The position numbers and the translations under genes were made by a program. A model generated the notes under the pieces. That model made no database searches and was not told the DNA's origin. It saw only the letters and a list, made by a program, of their open reading frames with translations. Source: Myxococcota bacterium (GTDB lineage Bacteria > Myxococcota_A > UBA796 > GCA-2862545). Taken from it: 64,000 nucleotides of DNA. This document shows, piece after piece, positions 8,562 through 21,418 of the stretch (position 1 is the first letter of the stretch; every line of letters begins with the position of its first letter). The stretch lies in NCBI GenBank assembly GCA_039208735.1, contig JBCCQY010000029.1:10522-74521 (forward strand). Direction: 5' to 3'.

Positions 8562-11500
8562 TCACGGGTGTTTTCCTTTCGGACTTCGGCCGCCAGAAGG
8601 GAATCTTTCGGCTCCATTTTGCGTGTTTGGCACGGTGTTCGACGGAAGGATGCTTCGCGGCTCCACTCGTTGGCCTAGGTCGATCTGGGGTCCGAAGACG
8701 GTGAGGCCCACCGCGTACCCGATCACGACGAAGAGAACCCCTACCACAAAGGCAATGCCGTGGGTGAGGAGCGGGTGCGGACCTGCTCCTTTGGCCACGG
8801 CCACCGGTTGGGCCGGGAGTGGGGTTGGACCGTCTACCAGATCGACGAGTGCGGTCACCGACGGTCCTGCGATGAGGGGCCCAATTGCGACCTCAATGCC
8901 CTCATCACGGAGGTCGTTCTTGAGTTGGACCGCGAGCAGTGAGTCCAGCCCTTGCTCGATCAAGGGCCGGTCGGGTTCGACGGAACGGCCCAACAGCGTA
9001 CTGGCTAAGCGGATGATCGTGGCTTTGGTGTCGGGCGCTTCGCCAGGGACCACGTCGGAATTGGGAAGGTCGACAGGTTGGGGTGCCGCCACCAGCGATT
9101 CAAGCAAGGCGGGGCGACGGCCGGCGTAGAACGTGTCGACGAGCTTGGTCCAATCGACGTTGAGAAATGCGAGCTGCGTCGGGGCTTCGGGCCCGAGTTG
9201 GTCGATCGCGGCGATGCCTTCGCGAAGATCGATGGGGGTGAGTCCCACCTGGGCTTGCCGATCGGCATGATCCTGGCCGAGACGGGCGGCCATGCCGACG
9301 GTCGCCCACGGGCCCCACTCGACGATGGTGACGGGCCACCCCTCCGATCGGAGCGCATGGGCGTAGCCGGTCAGCCAGGCATTGGCCGCGGCATAGTTGG
9401 CTTGACCCCTTGAACCTAGCCGTGCGGCTCCTGCACCCATGAACACCAAGCGTTGGGGACGGGTGGTGCCGAGGGCCTCGATGAGGTGTTGGGCACCTCG
9501 CACCTTGGGATGCGCCACCAAGGCGAGGCTTTCGGGGGTTTGCGCAGCGAGCGCCCGGTCATCGAGTTGGCCTGCGCCGTGCACCACGACATCGAGCGTC
9601 GTCTCGCCAATGGCTTTTCGAAGGATGTCGACGGCCGACGGGTCACCAAGATCGGCCTGCACCACCGTCACGGTGCCGCCCTTGGTTGTGTACGCGTCGA
9701 GTTCCGCCTGCACCTTGGCCGAGGGCGCGCTGCGGCCGACCAAGATGAGGTGGGGCGTACCCTCGCGGGCCCACGATCGCGCGATGGCGAACCCGATGCC
9801 CCGCAGGCCACCCGTGATCAGTGCAGGGCCTACGGGCGCTGCCGGAGTGCCGCCGACCGAGGTCTGCTCAAGGCGGGACACCCACCGTTCGCCATTGGTG
9901 AAGGCCTGCTCGGGTTCCGTGTCATCGGCAAAGCCAGCCAGCCATCGGGCTGCGTCAAGATCGTCCGGGCTTCGATCGACGGCGACGATGGAAAGGTGAG
10001 GCGCTTCGGCGCGAATGCTCCTTACCAGACCGTACACCCCTGCGTGCTCGGGCGTCGTGACGGGGCGATCGGCAGGCAGGGCCCCAGACGTCAGCAGGTA
10101 CATGGCCGGTGCATCGGCCCGTTCGGCGAGGGGCTGGGCCACCTGAAGGACGTTCACCACGGCGTCTTCGCCCGCCACCACCACCACGGCATTGGCATGG
10201 TCGAGGTCGTCCACGATCACCCGTTCTTGATCGCGGAGGGCCGTAGCGAGTGCGTCGGCGGCAGCGCCAGCTCCGATCAGGTGCCAACGTCCTTCGGGGA
10301 GTTCGCCAGGACGAACCGAGGATCGCACGAAGCGCGAGGCATACCAATGTTCGGGCGGCGCGGCCCGTGGCGGATCCACGGGAGGCAGGGTGGTGGGCTC
10401 GGGAAGCCAGCAGCGCACGCGCTCGAAGGGGTACGTCGGCAGGGCCCGGGGGGGAGCCGGCGCGGGATTCACCGTCCGCCAGTCGAGTGTCGAACCGCTC
10501 GCCCACAGCAGTGCTTGGGCCGCCCGCAGGGTGCTGGCTTCCTCATGATCGCGGGACAGGGAGGCGGCGGCGGTGCCAGCACCCTGCCGACGGGCCATCG
10601 TGATGAGCTGGTGGTGGGGGCCGATCTCAAGGAACCGATGAGGCCCTTGCTCGGCCAGTGTCGCGAGGTTCTCGGCAAACCGAACCGGGGCTCGCACGAG
10701 TTGGCGCCAGTAGGCCGGGGTGACCAGTGCCTGAGGATCCGCGAACCCGCCATCGCGGTTGCACAACACAGGAAGCGTAGGCGGTTGCCAACGAACGGAG
10801 GCCGCCTCCGCTTCGAACGCGTCGAGCATCGGCTCCATCAATGCGCTGTGGAAGGCGTGGGACACCGTAAGCGGCCGTGACTCCACCCCGCGCTCTTGCA
10901 ACTGCTGGGCAAGCGCGTCGAGGTCGCTTTGGGGGCCCGAGAGCACCACCTCTTCGGTGTGGTTGACGGCCCCCACCCCGACCTGGGGGAAGGCGGAAAC
11001 GTCCTTTGCGACCTCGGCCTCTGGGGCAAAGACGGCCAGCATTCCTCCGCCGGCGGGCAGGGCTCCCATGAGTCGCCCGCGGGCTGCGCAAAGGCGAACG
11101 CCCTCTTCGAAGGACAGGACGCCCGCAGTACAGGCGGCGGCGACCTGACCGATGCTGTGGCCAGCGACCGCCGAGGGGTGCACGCCCCAACTTCGCCACA
11201 CCTCGACCAGCGCCATTTGCAAGATGAAGAGGGCGGGTTGGGTGTAGGTCGTGTCGTGGATGCGCGGGTCGTCGTGGGGCCAGATCGCGCTTAGCGGCTC
11301 GGGAAGCAGCGGGTCGGCGATGGCAAGGCCCTCTTGCACCACCCGCTGGAACGTCGGGTGCTCAAAACCCAGACCCATGCGGGGATACTGACTGCCCTGG
11401 CCGGTGAACAACCACACCAGGGGGGCTTCGTCTCCGATGGAGCGCCGCACGGCCACACCGGGACGCAATGGGCCTCGCTTCGGAGGCGTGCCGGTGATGA

Positions 11501-14500
11501 TCGCGTCAAGGCCGGCTCGAGCCGTTGTGGCATCGGTGGCGACGAACGCCGCCCGTTCCGCGAGGCGACGTCGGGTGGTCGCCGACGCGTCGGCCAGCCC
11601 CGCCCAGGCCTCGGGTTCGGTATCCAAGGCTTGGCGCAGTAGGGTGGCCAACCGTTGAAGGGCCGTCTCGGTCCGGGCCGACAAAGGCCACACTCGAGGC
11701 GCGGCTTCGACGCTGGGTTCGGGCGGGCGATCGACGGCTTCTACCACGAGGTGAGCGTTCGTTCCGGCCAGGCCGAAGCTCGAGATCCCGGCCCGGCGAG
11801 GACCGGTCCACGGGGTGGGTTGGGTCGCGACGGAAAATCCGCGAGCTTCGAGCTGTAAAGCGGGGTTTGGTGTGGTGAAGTGCAGGTTGGGCGGCAGCGT
11901 GTCGTGTTGCAACGCCAGGACCACCTTGAGTAGGCTCGCAGCACCCGCGGCCACTTCCAGATGACCGACGTTCGTCTTGACCGCACCGAGGTGCAAAGGC
12001 GCTTCGGGCGTGCGGGTGCCGTAGACCTCCGCGATGGCCCCAACTTCGATGGGGTCGCCAAGTCGCGTTCCGGTGCCGTGGGCCTCGATGTAGCCAACAT
12101 CGTGAGGGGTCAGTCCAGCATCGTCGAGGGCCCGTTGCAAGACCTCTTGTTGGGCGGGGCCGTTGGGCACGGTGAGGCCCGCACTTGCCCCGTCGTGGCC
12201 GATCGCCGAGCCTCGAATCACGGCGAGGATCGGCAATCCTTCGGCCTCGGCCTTCGATCGAGGCGCGAGCAGGAACATTCCACACCCCTCGGACCGTCCG
12301 TACCCCCCCGCATCCGCGTCGAAGGTGCGGCAGCGGCCGTCCGCCGAGAGTGCCGTGAGCTGGCTTACGTAGACGAAGTGCTCGGACGACAGCATCAGGT
12401 GCACGCCGCCGGCGAGCGCCATCGTGCATTCCCCACGACGGAGCGCCTGCACGGCGAGGTGAACCGCGACGAGCGACGAGCTGCACGCGGTGTTCAGGGC
12501 GAGGTTGGGGCCCCGCAATCCGAGGGTGTACGCCACGCGACCCGACACGAACGCACCGAGGCTCCCCGTCCCCGACCAGGCATCGCGGTACAGCGGCACT
12601 CCGGGCTCGGCAAATCGCTGGAGGTACCCCGAGTCACCGACCCCTACAAAGACCCCAGTAGGGCTTCCCGCAAGGTCTTCCATGGGAATGCGCGCCCGCT
12701 CGAGTGCTTCGTAGCTGACCTCAAGGAGCATGCGTTGTTGGGGGTCCATGCTGGCCGCTTCGCGAGGCGAAATACCGAAAAACGCGGGATCGAACCCTTC
12801 CACCCAGTCCTGATCGACGAAGCCCGCCTCACGGGCGTAGGTCTTCGAGGGCGTGGCCGGATTGGGGTCGTAGAGCGCGTCGTGGTCCCAGCGAGCCTGT
12901 GGGACGGCACCCATCGGGTCCCGACCTTCCACCAGGAGCTGCCAAAACGACTCGGGGTCGTGGGCGCCGCCGGGCATACGGCACGCCATCGCAACGATGG
13001 CGATGTCATCGTTCGCCTCGGAAACCGGGGGCGCGATGACCGTGGGTGCGGGTTCCGCCTCGGGCGCAGGAGGCGGCGGGGTCAGCGCCCGCGCGAGTTG
13101 GTCGACCGTCGGGTGATCGAAAGCCAGGGTGAGCGGGAGGTCAGGATCGAAGTCCCTTTGGAGGCGCTGGGCGAGTTCGACGGCCATGAGGCTGTCAAAC
13201 CCAAGATCGAAGAAGCCCGTGTGGTGCGTCACATCGGAAACGTCGGCCCGAAGGATGCTCGCGACGAGTTCGGTCAGGCTTTGCAGGAGGGCGCTGGGAC
13301 GTTCAGCCTCGGGTAGCGCATCGAGGCGTGCGCGAAGGGCGGGGGACGAGGCAAGCACCCGAGACGCGGGCACCCGCGAAGCGACCAACGCAGGAGGCAT
13401 CGCCCCCGCAGTCGCGAAGGCGCCCCAATCCACGTCGAGGACGCCGAAGGCCGATAGATCGGAGGCGAAGGCCACATCGAGGAAGCGCCGGGCGATGGCC
13501 GGGCGTAGCGGGGTGATCCCGTCGTCTTCCCAGCGCAAGTGGCTCGCCAGTCCGTCGTCGGCCCACGGACCCCATTGCACGGCCACCGCGGGTTGCCCTC
13601 GGGACCGTCGGGCGGCCGCGAGGCGGTCGAGGAGGGCGTTGGCCGCGGCGTAGGTGGCTTGTCCGGGGCGACCCACCAGCGACGCGGCCGACGAGAACAG
13701 TACGAAGTGATCGAGGTCGGGCAACGCGGCGTCGAGGTTCAGGGCGCCGCGAACCTTGCCGGGCCACACGACTTCGAGGTCGTCGGGCGTCCAGGTGGCC
13801 AATGCGCGGTCCGCAAGGCGACCTGCGGCGTGAATCACGGTGCGCACGGGGGGCGCCCCATCGGCGTTGAGGTCGGCCAGCACAGCTTCGATGGCCCTCG
13901 GATCCGATACGTCGCAGGGCCGAACCTGCACGCGGTCGGGGAACGCCGTCATCAAGTCGGCAGCCGCCTCCTCGGTGCTGTGCCGTCCCGAAAGCACGAC
14001 CAGCGGAGCACCGGCTTCGAGTACGTGGCGGGCGGCGTGTTGTCCGAGGGCTCCGAGGCCCCCCGTGATCCACACGGATCCGCTGAACGAGGCGGGCTCG
14101 GGTGAGGGAAGAGGGTGTTCAACCAGTTCGAGCCGGAACATGGCACCGTCGCGCACCCCATACTGGCCCTCCGGGCAGCCTGCCGCGAGGAGCAGCTCGA
14201 TGAACGGCAGCGGATCTGTGTCGTAGGGCACGTCCAGGCGGGCGAGGGGCGGTGTTCCAAGTTCGAGGGCGGCCACTTGGCCCAGACCTACCCAGGCTGC
14301 CGACGCCAGGCCCGCAGGGTCATCGTCATCGTGAAGGGCCCCGCGCGTCACCCACAGCAATGGCGTGCGGCGTCGCATGGCGGTGGTCAGTGCCCGGATG
14401 GTGGTCGCGAAGGGGGCCCGGATCCCGTCCACCAGATCGCCCGAACCGTCGAGATCGAGTGCACAAAGCACCACAAGGGCGGTGATTTCCTCGTCTGGGT

Positions 14501-17500
14501 CGGCCGAGGCGATGCGAGCGCGGTCTCCGAGCCGTTCAACGAGGCGGGCGCCCACCCCGTTCGCATCGAGCCACACGCCAACCGTCCCGTTCGCAGGTTG
14601 GGCGGGGACCGGCGGCCGCCACGGCTGAAGAACGGCTCGGTAGCCCCAGGCAGGCAAGGGCACGACGGGTGTCTCGTCGACCTCATCGACCCAGAACCGC
14701 AGTTGGGCGCGGGGCGTCGGAGGTAGTGAACGCCGTTGGGCGCCATCGGGAGCGAGGGCCCCAAGGTCGACGGGCAAGCCGCGATTCCAGAGTCGCCCTG
14801 CGGCTTCGAGGAAGGTTGAAACCTCGTGGGCCTGCCGGCGCAGGGAACCCACGAAGCGCAATTCGGGGCGGTGGGGCACGGCGCGGGCGCTCGCAGCGGT
14901 CAGGACCGGGTGGTTGCCGAGTTCCAGGAACGTACGGTGGCCGGCGTCGATCAGGGTCTGCAGGCCCTTGGCAAAGCGGACCGGCTCCCGCAGGTGACGT
15001 CGCCAATGGGCGGGGTCGCACAGCCTGTCGGACTCGAGGTCGCCAGTGACGTTGTCGACGATGGAGAGGCGAGGGGGCGACAGCGGCACGTCTTCGGTGA
15101 TCCGCTCGAAGGCATCGAGGATGGGCTCCATCAGCGGTGAATGTGCAGCGTGACTGATCGCCAACCGGCGAACCTCTGCGCCCTGGCGTTCAGCGGTGGT
15201 GACGACGGCTTCCACGGCTTCCCGTCGCCCACTGACGACGATCTCGGTGGGACCGTTGATGGCCGCGATCGAGACCTCGTCGACCAACCAGTCTTGGACC
15301 TGCTCCTCCGAGGCGAAGAGCGCTGCCATGGCGCCGATACGCGGCTCGGCGCTCATGAGGTGGGCCCGTCGCACGATCCAGCGGGTGGCGTGGGGCAGGT
15401 CGACCACTCCGGCGAGGCAGGCCGCGACGAATTGACCGGTGCTGTGGCCAATGACCGCTCGCGGTCGAATGCCCACCGATGCCCACAATCGGGCCAGCGC
15501 CATCTGCAGCGCGAACATCGCGGGCTGGGTGTAGCCCAAGTCGTGAAGGGCAGGCTCATCGCCGAACATCACCTCGAGCAAGGGACGCTCGAGGTCAGCG
15601 GAAGCGAGCGTGGTTATTTCGTCGAGGGCGTCGCGAAACACGGGGAACCGGTTGTACAGGCCTCGACCCATGCCCGGCGTCTGGGGGCCCGCTCCGGTGC
15701 AAAGGAACACCACGCCAGGGTCGTCGTCGATTTCATCGACGAGCCAACGAGGATGGGGCCCCTCGAGTTCGCTGCGATCCTCGGTGTCGAGCACCAGCGC
15801 CCCACGGTGGCGCAGTTCCGACCGCCCCGTGGCCTGGGTGAATGCCACATCCCCGAGCGGATCTGAGGTGGTGGAGAGCTGACGCGCGGCCTGGACCGCG
15901 AGATCTGCGGTGCGGGCCGACCAGTTCACCAGGACTGCGCCGGCCCGTGGGCTGCGTGGCGGTAAGGTCGGCGCAGGCTCGATGATCACGTGGGCATTGG
16001 TGCCCGAAAGCCCAAAGGCGCTCACGCCGGCCCGACGCACGGGTGCGGCCCATGGCTCACGGGCGATGGGAATGCGTAGGGCGGGGAATCGATCGAGTCC
16101 CAGGTCAGGGTTGGGACGCTCAAACCAAAGCTGTGGAGCGACTTCGCCGCGGCTCACCGTGAGCATGGCTTCGAGCAGGCCCACCAGACCAGCCGCGGCT
16201 TCGCAATGGCCGAGGTTGGCCTTGACCGACCGGAGGTACAGCGGGGCCTCGGCCGGTCGATCGGAGGCAAACACCTCGCCGATCGCGCCTACCTCGATGG
16301 GGTCCCCAAGTTTGGTGCCCGTCCCGTGGCACTGGATCAGGCCGATCGCATCGGCCTTTAGCCCTGCATCGGCCAGCGCTCGGCGCAGCACGTCTTGTTG
16401 GGCCTCTGCGTTGGGTACGGTGAGGCCTGCACTCGCGCCATCGTGGTTGATCGCGGTGCCTCGAATGACTCCTCGGATCGGGTCCCCCGCGGCCAGCGCA
16501 TCGGAGAGCCGCTTGAGCACGACCACGGCACACCCTTCGGCGCGCACATAGCCGTCGGCTCGATGGTCGAACGGCTTGCAGTGCCCGTCGGGGGCAAGTG
16601 CGGCGAGGCCTTCGATCCATGCGGTGGACCGGGGGCTTGGCATGGCGTGAACGCCGCCGGCCAACGCGTGGTCAACTTGGCGGGACCGAAGCGCCTGGAC
16701 GGCCAGATGCACGGCCACCAGTGACGAACTGCACGCCGTATTGACGGCTAAGGCGGGTCCTCGACATCCCAGCGCGTAGGCGATGCGGCCCGCTGCGAAG
16801 CTCGATTCGTTGCCCGTGCCCGCCCACGGTTCGTCGCGCTCCGGTGAAAAACGGGCTCCGTAGTCACTCGGCCCGATGCCTACGTAGGTGCCGACGGCCT
16901 GATCACGTAGGCTCGACGTGGCGATTGCCGCATCCTCGATCGCATCCCACACCACGTCGAGAAGCACGCGTTGCTGCGGATCGAGCGATTCCGCTTCGCG
17001 AGGGGAGATGCCAAACGAAAGCGGGTCGAACTGGTCTAAATCATGGAGCCAACCGCCCGGTCGGTCGCCCAACGCGGCTTGCCGCCAGGCGGGAGGGGCA
17101 CCGACCACGTCTTGGCCTTCGCAGACCAGCTGCCAGAGGGCTTCCAGGTCGCGGATGCCCCCGGGGAGTCGGCAGGCCGCGCCGACGATGGCGATGGCAT
17201 CGTCGTCTTCGGGCTCCGAGGGGGCCGATGGTTCGGGCTCCTCCACCTCGGGAGCGGGCTTCGGCGCCATTCGGTCGAAAACCGCGTCCGTCAGACGATC
17301 GAGCGACGGATGGTCAAAGGCCCAGGTCGCGGGAATGGCCTGCCCTAGATCGGCCGAAATGCGTCGGGTCAGCTGGACCGCCATCAGGCTGTCCAGGCCG
17401 AGGTCCACAAAGCCCTGGGTGCGGTCGATCGGCGCGTCGGGTGCTGCCCCGCGGACGAAGTTTACGTGTCGGCGGAGCTGAGCTTCGATGGTCCGGCGCC

Positions 17501-20500
17501 GCTCATCGTCGGCAATCGTAGACCAATCGGGGATCGACTCGGACCGGGGCGTTCCCAACCGCGAGAGGGGAGCGTCAACGGGGCTGAACGCGCGGCCATC
17601 GCCGGCGACCACCACCGGGTCGGGGACCGGTCCCGCCGCCAAACGAAGGGCAATGGCGAAGGCGTCGCCAGCGGGAATCGGGTCGACGCCCATGGCCGCC
17701 CAGCGCGCTTCTACGGCGGGATCGACATCGGCCATGCCAAGCTTGTCGAGCGGACCAAAGCTGATCGCACTCACCGGGGCGCCCGCCTTCCGCCGCGAGG
17801 CGGCGAACGCCCGGACAAAGGCGTTTCCGGCCGCATACGCTCCCTGGCCAGGATTGGGAATCGCCGTCGACGCAGAACCAAAGAGCAGGAGCCGGAACCC
17901 TCGCAGTTCAACCGCTTGGGCGACCGCTCGGGTGCCGTGGACCTTCGGAGTCAGGCGTCGCAGCGCGTGGTCCGGGTCGAAGGTCGCCAGTGGGCCATCG
18001 ACGGTCTGGCCCGCGAGGTGGAACACCACGGTGCCGTCGGGCAGCCCCGACACGATCTTCTGAACCGCAACGGGGTCGCTCACGTCGGCCGGACGGATTT
18101 CGATGGTGGCACCGCGGGCGCGGAGGGCTGCGATGCGGGTCCCGTCCGAGGCTTCCCGCCTTGACGTGAGGATGATCCGTGGGGTCCCGCGTGCCACCAA
18201 CCAGTCGGCGAGTGCGAGGCCGACCGCCCCCAAACCCCCCGTGATCCACGCGGCCGGCAGCGACGCGGGCTCGATCGGATCGCCTGACCACGCGGTCGCG
18301 GCTGGGCGATAGCTTAGGGTTTCCCTCGTTCCGTTCGCGAATCGGACCCATCCGCGGCCCGATTGGGTGAGTTCAGCCCGCAGCGCTTCGGGGGAGGCCG
18401 GGCCATCCACCAGGGTGCCGGCGCGTTCCGGCTCTTCCGCGGCCAGCGTTCGGGCGAACCCCTGGAGCACGGCGGAGCCTGGATCCTCCTGTTCGTTGGA
18501 TCGAAAGTGGAGGCGGCCGGGTGCGTCAAGGGCCTGACGGACGCGGTGCAGCGTATCGGTGAGGGTGGTCGCAGCGATGACCAAGACGTCGTCCGCCTCA
18601 TCGAGGGGGGCGAGTCGGGCGCCGGAGGCAGCGAGCTGGTCTGCGAGCGTGTCGTCGCCCAAAACGGCAACGGTTCGTCCAGGACGACCCTCCGGAGCGG
18701 GATGAGGACGCCACACGGGTTCCCACGTCCATGCCGCGTGGCTCGCGGGGGCCGGAGCGGGGGCCGCGTCGCGCCAAAACCGTTCCGGTCGACGTGCGGT
18801 AGGCGGGAAGTCGGACCGCTGGCCGGTCGAAGGCCCGAAATCCACATCGAGTCCCGCCGTCCATAGCGAGGCCATCGCTTCGAGCAGCGCGTCAGGCCCA
18901 TCCCGATCGGGGTGCAGGGTTGGCACGAAGCGCGAACCGACGGGGGGATCTGCACGAAGGGCCATGCCGGTCAGCACCGGCCGGGGGCCGACTTCGAGGA
19001 ACAACCGCCAGTCATCGGCAAGGGCGGCGGCCAGCGCCGGGCCGAACTGGACTGCAGAGCGGGTGGCTTGGCGCCAGTAGGCCGGTTCCCGCCAACGTTC
19101 GGCCATCGGCGCGCCGTCGAGCGTCGAATACACGGCGAGGTTCGGTCGGGCCGAGTCTGCGAGCCGTGCGGCCTCGACGACCGACTGCAGCTCCCGCAGC
19201 ATCGGCTCCATCCGAGCGCTGTGGAAGGCGTGGCTGACCGTGAGTTCTTTCGCGCGAACCCCTTCTGAGGTGACGGCCTGGACCAACGCCGAAACGCCAG
19301 CCTGATCACCCGAAATTACGGTTTCGGCAGGTCCATTCACCGCCGCAAGTTCGACGTCCGATAGGTGGAGGTCGGCCAGACGAGCCGTCACCTCGGCCGC
19401 AGGAAGGAACACCGCCGCCATCGCTCCGCCGCGGGGAAGTGCCGACATCAGCGCACCCCGTGCGACCACGATGCGGGCCGCTTCTTCTCTCGACCAGAGA
19501 CCCGCGACGGTCGCGGCCGTGATCTCGCCGACCGAGTGTCCGATCGCGGCGGCCGGCCGGATGCCGCGCAAGGCGAACCAGTCCACCAGCGCGAGCTGCA
19601 GGGCGAAGATCGCGGGTTGGGTGAATCCGGTGTCGTCGAGGGGGGCGGTTCCGGTGGGGTCGAAGAGAACGGGGCGCAAGGGTTCGGGCAGCCAGGGATC
19701 TACGATGGTGCAGATCGCATCCAGCGCCTGGCGGAAGTCGGCGTCCGCTCCGTACAGGCGGCGGCCCATCCCCGCCCACTGGGCTCCCTGGCCGGTAAAC
19801 AAGAACACCGCCGCGGCATCGGGGTCGGCCCGGCCGACGAAGCGTCCCGAGTCGGGATCGGTTGGGGCGCGCAGGGCGTCTCGGACCGCGGAAAGGCTCG
19901 AGCTGACCACAGCCAGGCGCTCGCGATGGTCGGTACGGCTCCGTTGCGCGGTCGCGGCGGCATCGACGAGCCGTACGTCGGGCGGATCCAGCGCCTCGGC
20001 CCACGCTTCGGCCGTGCGCTGCAAGCGATCGGTGTCTGGGGCGGACAACGGAAACACCAGGGTGGGGGTCGCCGCCGCGGGTTCGTTCGAAGTTGGCCGA
20101 GCCGGTGGAGGTCCGAGTACGACGTGGGCGTTGGTGCCCGACAAGCCAAAGGCGCTCACGCCGCCGTACTGCGGGTCAGGCCACGGCTGGCCCCCGCGAG
20201 GCACCGTGATCACGCCGTCGGGCAAGCCGAGGCGCGGGTTGAGTGCCTCGGCATGCAGATGAGGCGGGATGGCTTGCCGATCAAGGCAAAGCACCATTTT
20301 CAGCAGTCCGGCGATCCCCGCTGCGGTTTCAAGGTGCCCCACATTCGTCTTGATGCTGCCGACGGGGAGCGGCGCTTCACGCCCGGCGAACACCGTTCGG
20401 AGTGCTTCGACCTCGACGGGATCCCCCAACGGGGTGCCCGTTCCGTGTGCTTCGACGTAGCCGATGTCGTGAGGCGCGAGGCCTGCGTCGTTGAGTGCCT

Positions 20501-21353
20501 GCCGGATGACCTGCCGCTGGGCCTGGGCGGAGGGCGCGGTGAGCCCGTTGCTACGGCCATCCTGGTTCACCGCAGCGCCGTGGATCACCCCGACGATAGG
20601 ATCTCCGTCACGCACCGCGTCCGACAACCGCTTGAGGGCGACCACCCCGACGCCTTCTCCGCGGCCGTAGCCATCCGCGCTGGCGCTGAACGTCTTGCAT
20701 CGCCCGTCATTGGCCAAGGCGCCCAAGGCTTCGAAGTACGCGCTTGGCATGGCGGAAAGCACTACGTTCGCGCCCCCCGCCAAGGCCAGGTCTACGGTCC
20801 CGTCCCGGAGGGCCCGCATGGCGAGCCACACCGCGACCAGTGAGGATGAACAGGCCGTATCGACCGCCATCGCGGGGCCTTGCAGCCCCAGGGCGTAGCT
20901 GATGCGCCCGGCCGCGACCGACAACAGCGACCCCGTCCCCGACCAGGGGGTGAGACGACTCGGGTCCGAGCCCAGGAAGTGTCGGCGTCCGTAGTCCGAA
21001 AGCCCCAACCCGACGTACACCCCGGTGGCCGAGCGCTCGAGCCCCTTGATCGACTGGGCACCGCGCTCGAGCGCTTCATGAGCGGCGTCGAGGAGGAGCC
21101 GTTGAGCGGGGTCCATCTCGACTGCTTCGCGGGGCGCAATGCCGAAGAACGACGCGTCGAAGCTGGCGACGTCGTCGAGGTAGCTGCCTCGGCGCAGTTG
21201 GGGGTCGCCCCGATCCGCGGGGGCCGGCGTGATGAAGTCGCGACCCGCTTCGAGCGCGCTCCACAGTCCATCTAGGTCCCGGATGGTTCCGGGCAGGCGC
21301 AGCCCCACTCCAATAATGGCGACGGCGCGGTCCTCACTGCCTCGATCGTGCAT
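8562..21353 (-). CDS. Trimodular type I polyketide synthase [KS-AT-KR-ACP]x3 with C-terminal transmembrane helix
   Basis: Three KS (DTACSSS, NTACSSS, NTACSSS, each with HGTGT), three AT (GHSVG/HAFH, GHSTG/HAAH, GHSIG/HAFH), three KR (GGLG/GGLRG, YAAGN/YAAAN) and three ACP (GLDSL, GFDSL, GLDSL). No DH, ER or TE seen. Confidence 0.95.
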   Translation of the reverse strand: MHDRGSEDRAVAIIGVGLRLPGTIRDLDGLWSALEAGRDFITPAPADRGDPQLRRGSYLDDVASFDASFFGIAPREAVEMDPAQRLLLDAAHEALERGAQSIKGLERSATGVYVGLGLSDYGRRHFLGSDPSRLTPWSGTGSLLSVAAGRISYALGLQGPAMAVDTACSSSLVAVWLAMRALRDGTVDLALAGGANVVLSAMPSAYFEALGALANDGRCKTFSASADGYGRGEGVGVVALKRLSDAVRDGDPIVGVIHGAAVNQDGRSNGLTAPSAQAQRQVIRQALNDAGLAPHDIGYVEAHGTGTPLGDPVEVEALRTVFAGREAPLPVGSIKTNVGHLETAAGIAGLLKMVLCLDRQAIPPHLHAEALNPRLGLPDGVITVPRGGQPWPDPQYGGVSAFGLSGTNAHVVLGPPPARPTSNEPAAATPTLVFPLSAPDTDRLQRTAEAWAEALDPPDVRLVDAAATAQRSRTDHRERLAVVSSSLSAVRDALRAPTDPDSGRFVGRADPDAAAVFLFTGQGAQWAGMGRRLYGADADFRQALDAICTIVDPWLPEPLRPVLFDPTGTAPLDDTGFTQPAIFALQLALVDWFALRGIRPAAAIGHSVGEITAATVAGLWSREEAARIVVARGALMSALPRGGAMAAVFLPAAEVTARLADLHLSDVELAAVNGPAETVISGDQAGVSALVQAVTSEGVRAKELTVSHAFHSARMEPMLRELQSVVEAARLADSARPNLAVYSTLDGAPMAERWREPAYWRQATRSAVQFGPALAAALADDWRLFLEVGPRPVLTGMALRADPPVGSRFVPTLHPDRDGPDALLEAMASLWTAGLDVDFGPSTGQRSDFPPTARRPERFWRDAAPAPAPASHAAWTWEPVWRPHPAPEGRPGRTVAVLGDDTLADQLAASGARLAPLDEADDVLVIAATTLTDTLHRVRQALDAPGRLHFRSNEQEDPGSAVLQGFARTLAAEEPERAGTLVDGPASPEALRAELTQSGRGWVRFANGTRETLSYRPAATAWSGDPIEPASLPAAWITGGLGAVGLALADWLVARGTPRIILTSRREASDGTRIAALRARGATIEIRPADVSDPVAVQKIVSGLPDGTVVFHLAGQTVDGPLATFDPDHALRRLTPKVHGTRAVAQAVELRGFRLLLFGSASTAIPNPGQGAYAAGNAFVRAFAASRRKAGAPVSAISFGPLDKLGMADVDPAVEARWAAMGVDPIPAGDAFAIALRLAAGPVPDPVVVAGDGRAFSPVDAPLSRLGTPRSESIPDWSTIADDERRRTIEAQLRRHVNFVRGAAPDAPIDRTQGFVDLGLDSLMAVQLTRRISADLGQAIPATWAFDHPSLDRLTDAVFDRMAPKPAPEVEEPEPSAPSEPEDDDAIAIVGAACRLPGGIRDLEALWQLVCEGQDVVGAPPAWRQAALGDRPGGWLHDLDQFDPLSFGISPREAESLDPQQRVLLDVVWDAIEDAAIATSSLRDQAVGTYVGIGPSDYGARFSPERDEPWAGTGNESSFAAGRIAYALGCRGPALAVNTACSSSLVAVHLAVQALRSRQVDHALAGGVHAMPSPRSTAWIEGLAALAPDGHCKPFDHRADGYVRAEGCAVVVLKRLSDALAAGDPIRGVIRGTAINHDGASAGLTVPNAEAQQDVLRRALADAGLKADAIGLIQCHGTGTKLGDPIEVGAIGEVFASDRPAEAPLYLRSVKANLGHCEAAAGLVGLLEAMLTVSRGEVAPQLWFERPNPDLGLDRFPALRIPIAREPWAAPVRRAGVSAFGLSGTNAHVIIEPAPTLPPRSPRAGAVLVNWSARTADLAVQAARQLSTTSDPLGDVAFTQATGRSELRHRGALVLDTEDRSELEGPHPRWLVDEIDDDPGVVFLCTGAGPQTPGMGRGLYNRFPVFRDALDEITTLASADLERPLLEVMFGDEPALHDLGYTQPAMFALQMALARLWASVGIRPRAVIGHSTGQFVAACLAGVVDLPHATRWIVRRAHLMSAEPRIGAMAALFASEEQVQDWLVDEVSIAAINGPTEIVVSGRREAVEAVVTTAERQGAEVRRLAISHAAHSPLMEPILDAFERITEDVPLSPPRLSIVDNVTGDLESDRLCDPAHWRRHLREPVRFAKGLQTLIDAGHRTFLELGNHPVLTAASARAVPHRPELRFVGSLRRQAHEVSTFLEAAGRLWNRGLPVDLGALAPDGAQRRSLPPTPRAQLRFWVDEVDETPVVPLPAWGYRAVLQPWRPPVPAQPANGTVGVWLDANGVGARLVERLGDRARIASADPDEEITALVVLCALDLDGSGDLVDGIRAPFATTIRALTTAMRRRTPLLWVTRGALHDDDDPAGLASAAWVGLGQVAALELGTPPLARLDVPYDTDPLPFIELLLAAGCPEGQYGVRDGAMFRLELVEHPLPSPEPASFSGSVWITGGLGALGQHAARHVLEAGAPLVVLSGRHSTEEAAADLMTAFPDRVQVRPCDVSDPRAIEAVLADLNADGAPPVRTVIHAAGRLADRALATWTPDDLEVVWPGKVRGALNLDAALPDLDHFVLFSSAASLVGRPGQATYAAANALLDRLAAARRSRGQPAVAVQWGPWADDGLASHLRWEDDGITPLRPAIARRFLDVAFASDLSAFGVLDVDWGAFATAGAMPPALVASRVPASRVLASSPALRARLDALPEAERPSALLQSLTELVASILRADVSDVTHHTGFFDLGFDSLMAVELAQRLQRDFDPDLPLTLAFDHPTVDQLARALTPPPPAPEAEPAPTVIAPPVSEANDDIAIVAMACRMPGGAHDPESFWQLLVEGRDPMGAVPQARWDHDALYDPNPATPSKTYAREAGFVDQDWVEGFDPAFFGISPREAASMDPQQRMLLEVSYEALERARIPMEDLAGSPTGVFVGVGDSGYLQRFAEPGVPLYRDAWSGTGSLGAFVSGRVAYTLGLRGPNLALNTACSSSLVAVHLAVQALRRGECTMALAGGVHLMLSSEHFVYVSQLTALSADGRCRTFDADAGGYGRSEGCGMFLLAPRSKAEAEGLPILAVIRGSAIGHDGASAGLTVPNGPAQQEVLQRALDDAGLTPHDVGYIEAHGTGTRLGDPIEVGAIAEVYGTRTPEAPLHLGAVKTNVGHLEVAAGAASLLKVVLALQHDTLPPNLHFTTPNPALQLEARGFSVATQPTPWTGPRRAGISSFGLAGTNAHLVVEAVDRPPEPSVEAAPRVWPLSARTETALQRLATLLRQALDTEPEAWAGLADASATTRRRLAERAAFVATDATTARAGLDAIITGTPPKRGPLRPGVAVRRSIGDEAPLVWLFTGQGSQYPRMGLGFEHPTFQRVVQEGLAIADPLLPEPLSAIWPHDDPRIHDTTYTQPALFILQMALVEVWRSWGVHPSAVAGHSIGQVAAACTAGVLSFEEGVRLCAARGRLMGALPAGGGMLAVFAPEAEVAKDVSAFPQVGVGAVNHTEEVVLSGPQSDLDALAQQLQERGVESRPLTVSHAFHSALMEPMLDAFEAEAASVRWQPPTLPVLCNRDGGFADPQALVTPAYWRQLVRAPVRFAENLATLAEQGPHRFLEIGPHHQLITMARRQGAGTAAASLSRDHEEASTLRAAQALLWASGSTLDWRTVNPAPAPPRALPTYPFERVRCWLPEPTTLPPVDPPRAAPPEHWYASRFVRSSVRPGELPEGRWHLIGAGAAADALATALRDQERVIVDDLDHANAVVVVAGEDAVVNVLQVAQPLAERADAPAMYLLTSGALPADRPVTTPEHAGVYGLVRSIRAEAPHLSIVAVDRSPDDLDAARWLAGFADDTEPEQAFTNGERWVSRLEQTSVGGTPAAPVGPALITGGLRGIGFAIARSWAREGTPHLILVGRSAPSAKVQAELDAYTTKGGTVTVVQADLGDPSAVDILRKAIGETTLDVVVHGAGQLDDRALAAQTPESLALVAHPKVRGAQHLIEALGTTRPQRLVFMGAGAARLGSRGQANYAAANAWLTGYAHALRSEGWPVTIVEWGPWATVGMAARLGQDHADRQAQVGLTPIDLREGIAAIDQLGPEAPTQLAFLNVDWTKLVDTFYAGRRPALLESLVAAPQPVDLPNSDVVPGEAPDTKATIIRLASTLLGRSVEPDRPLIEQGLDSLLAVQLKNDLRDEGIEVAIGPLIAGPSVTALVDLVDGPTPLPAQPVAVAKGAGPHPLLTHGIAFVVGVLFVVIGYAVGLTVFGPQIDLGQRVEPRSILPSNTVPNTQNGAERFPSGGRSPKGKHP

Positions 21354-21418
21354 AGTGGTCGTTCGATCCCGTTTGGGACGACATACCCGGGTTCAGGCGG
21401 GACGAACGCCTCCCGATT

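Noticed and set aside
9453..20843. Many 200-490-aa ORFs opposite or out of frame within the PKS (e.g. 9453-10880, 11961-13316, 19365-20843)
   Set aside because: Expected stop-poor shadow frames of GC-rich coding DNA, with no recognisable domains.
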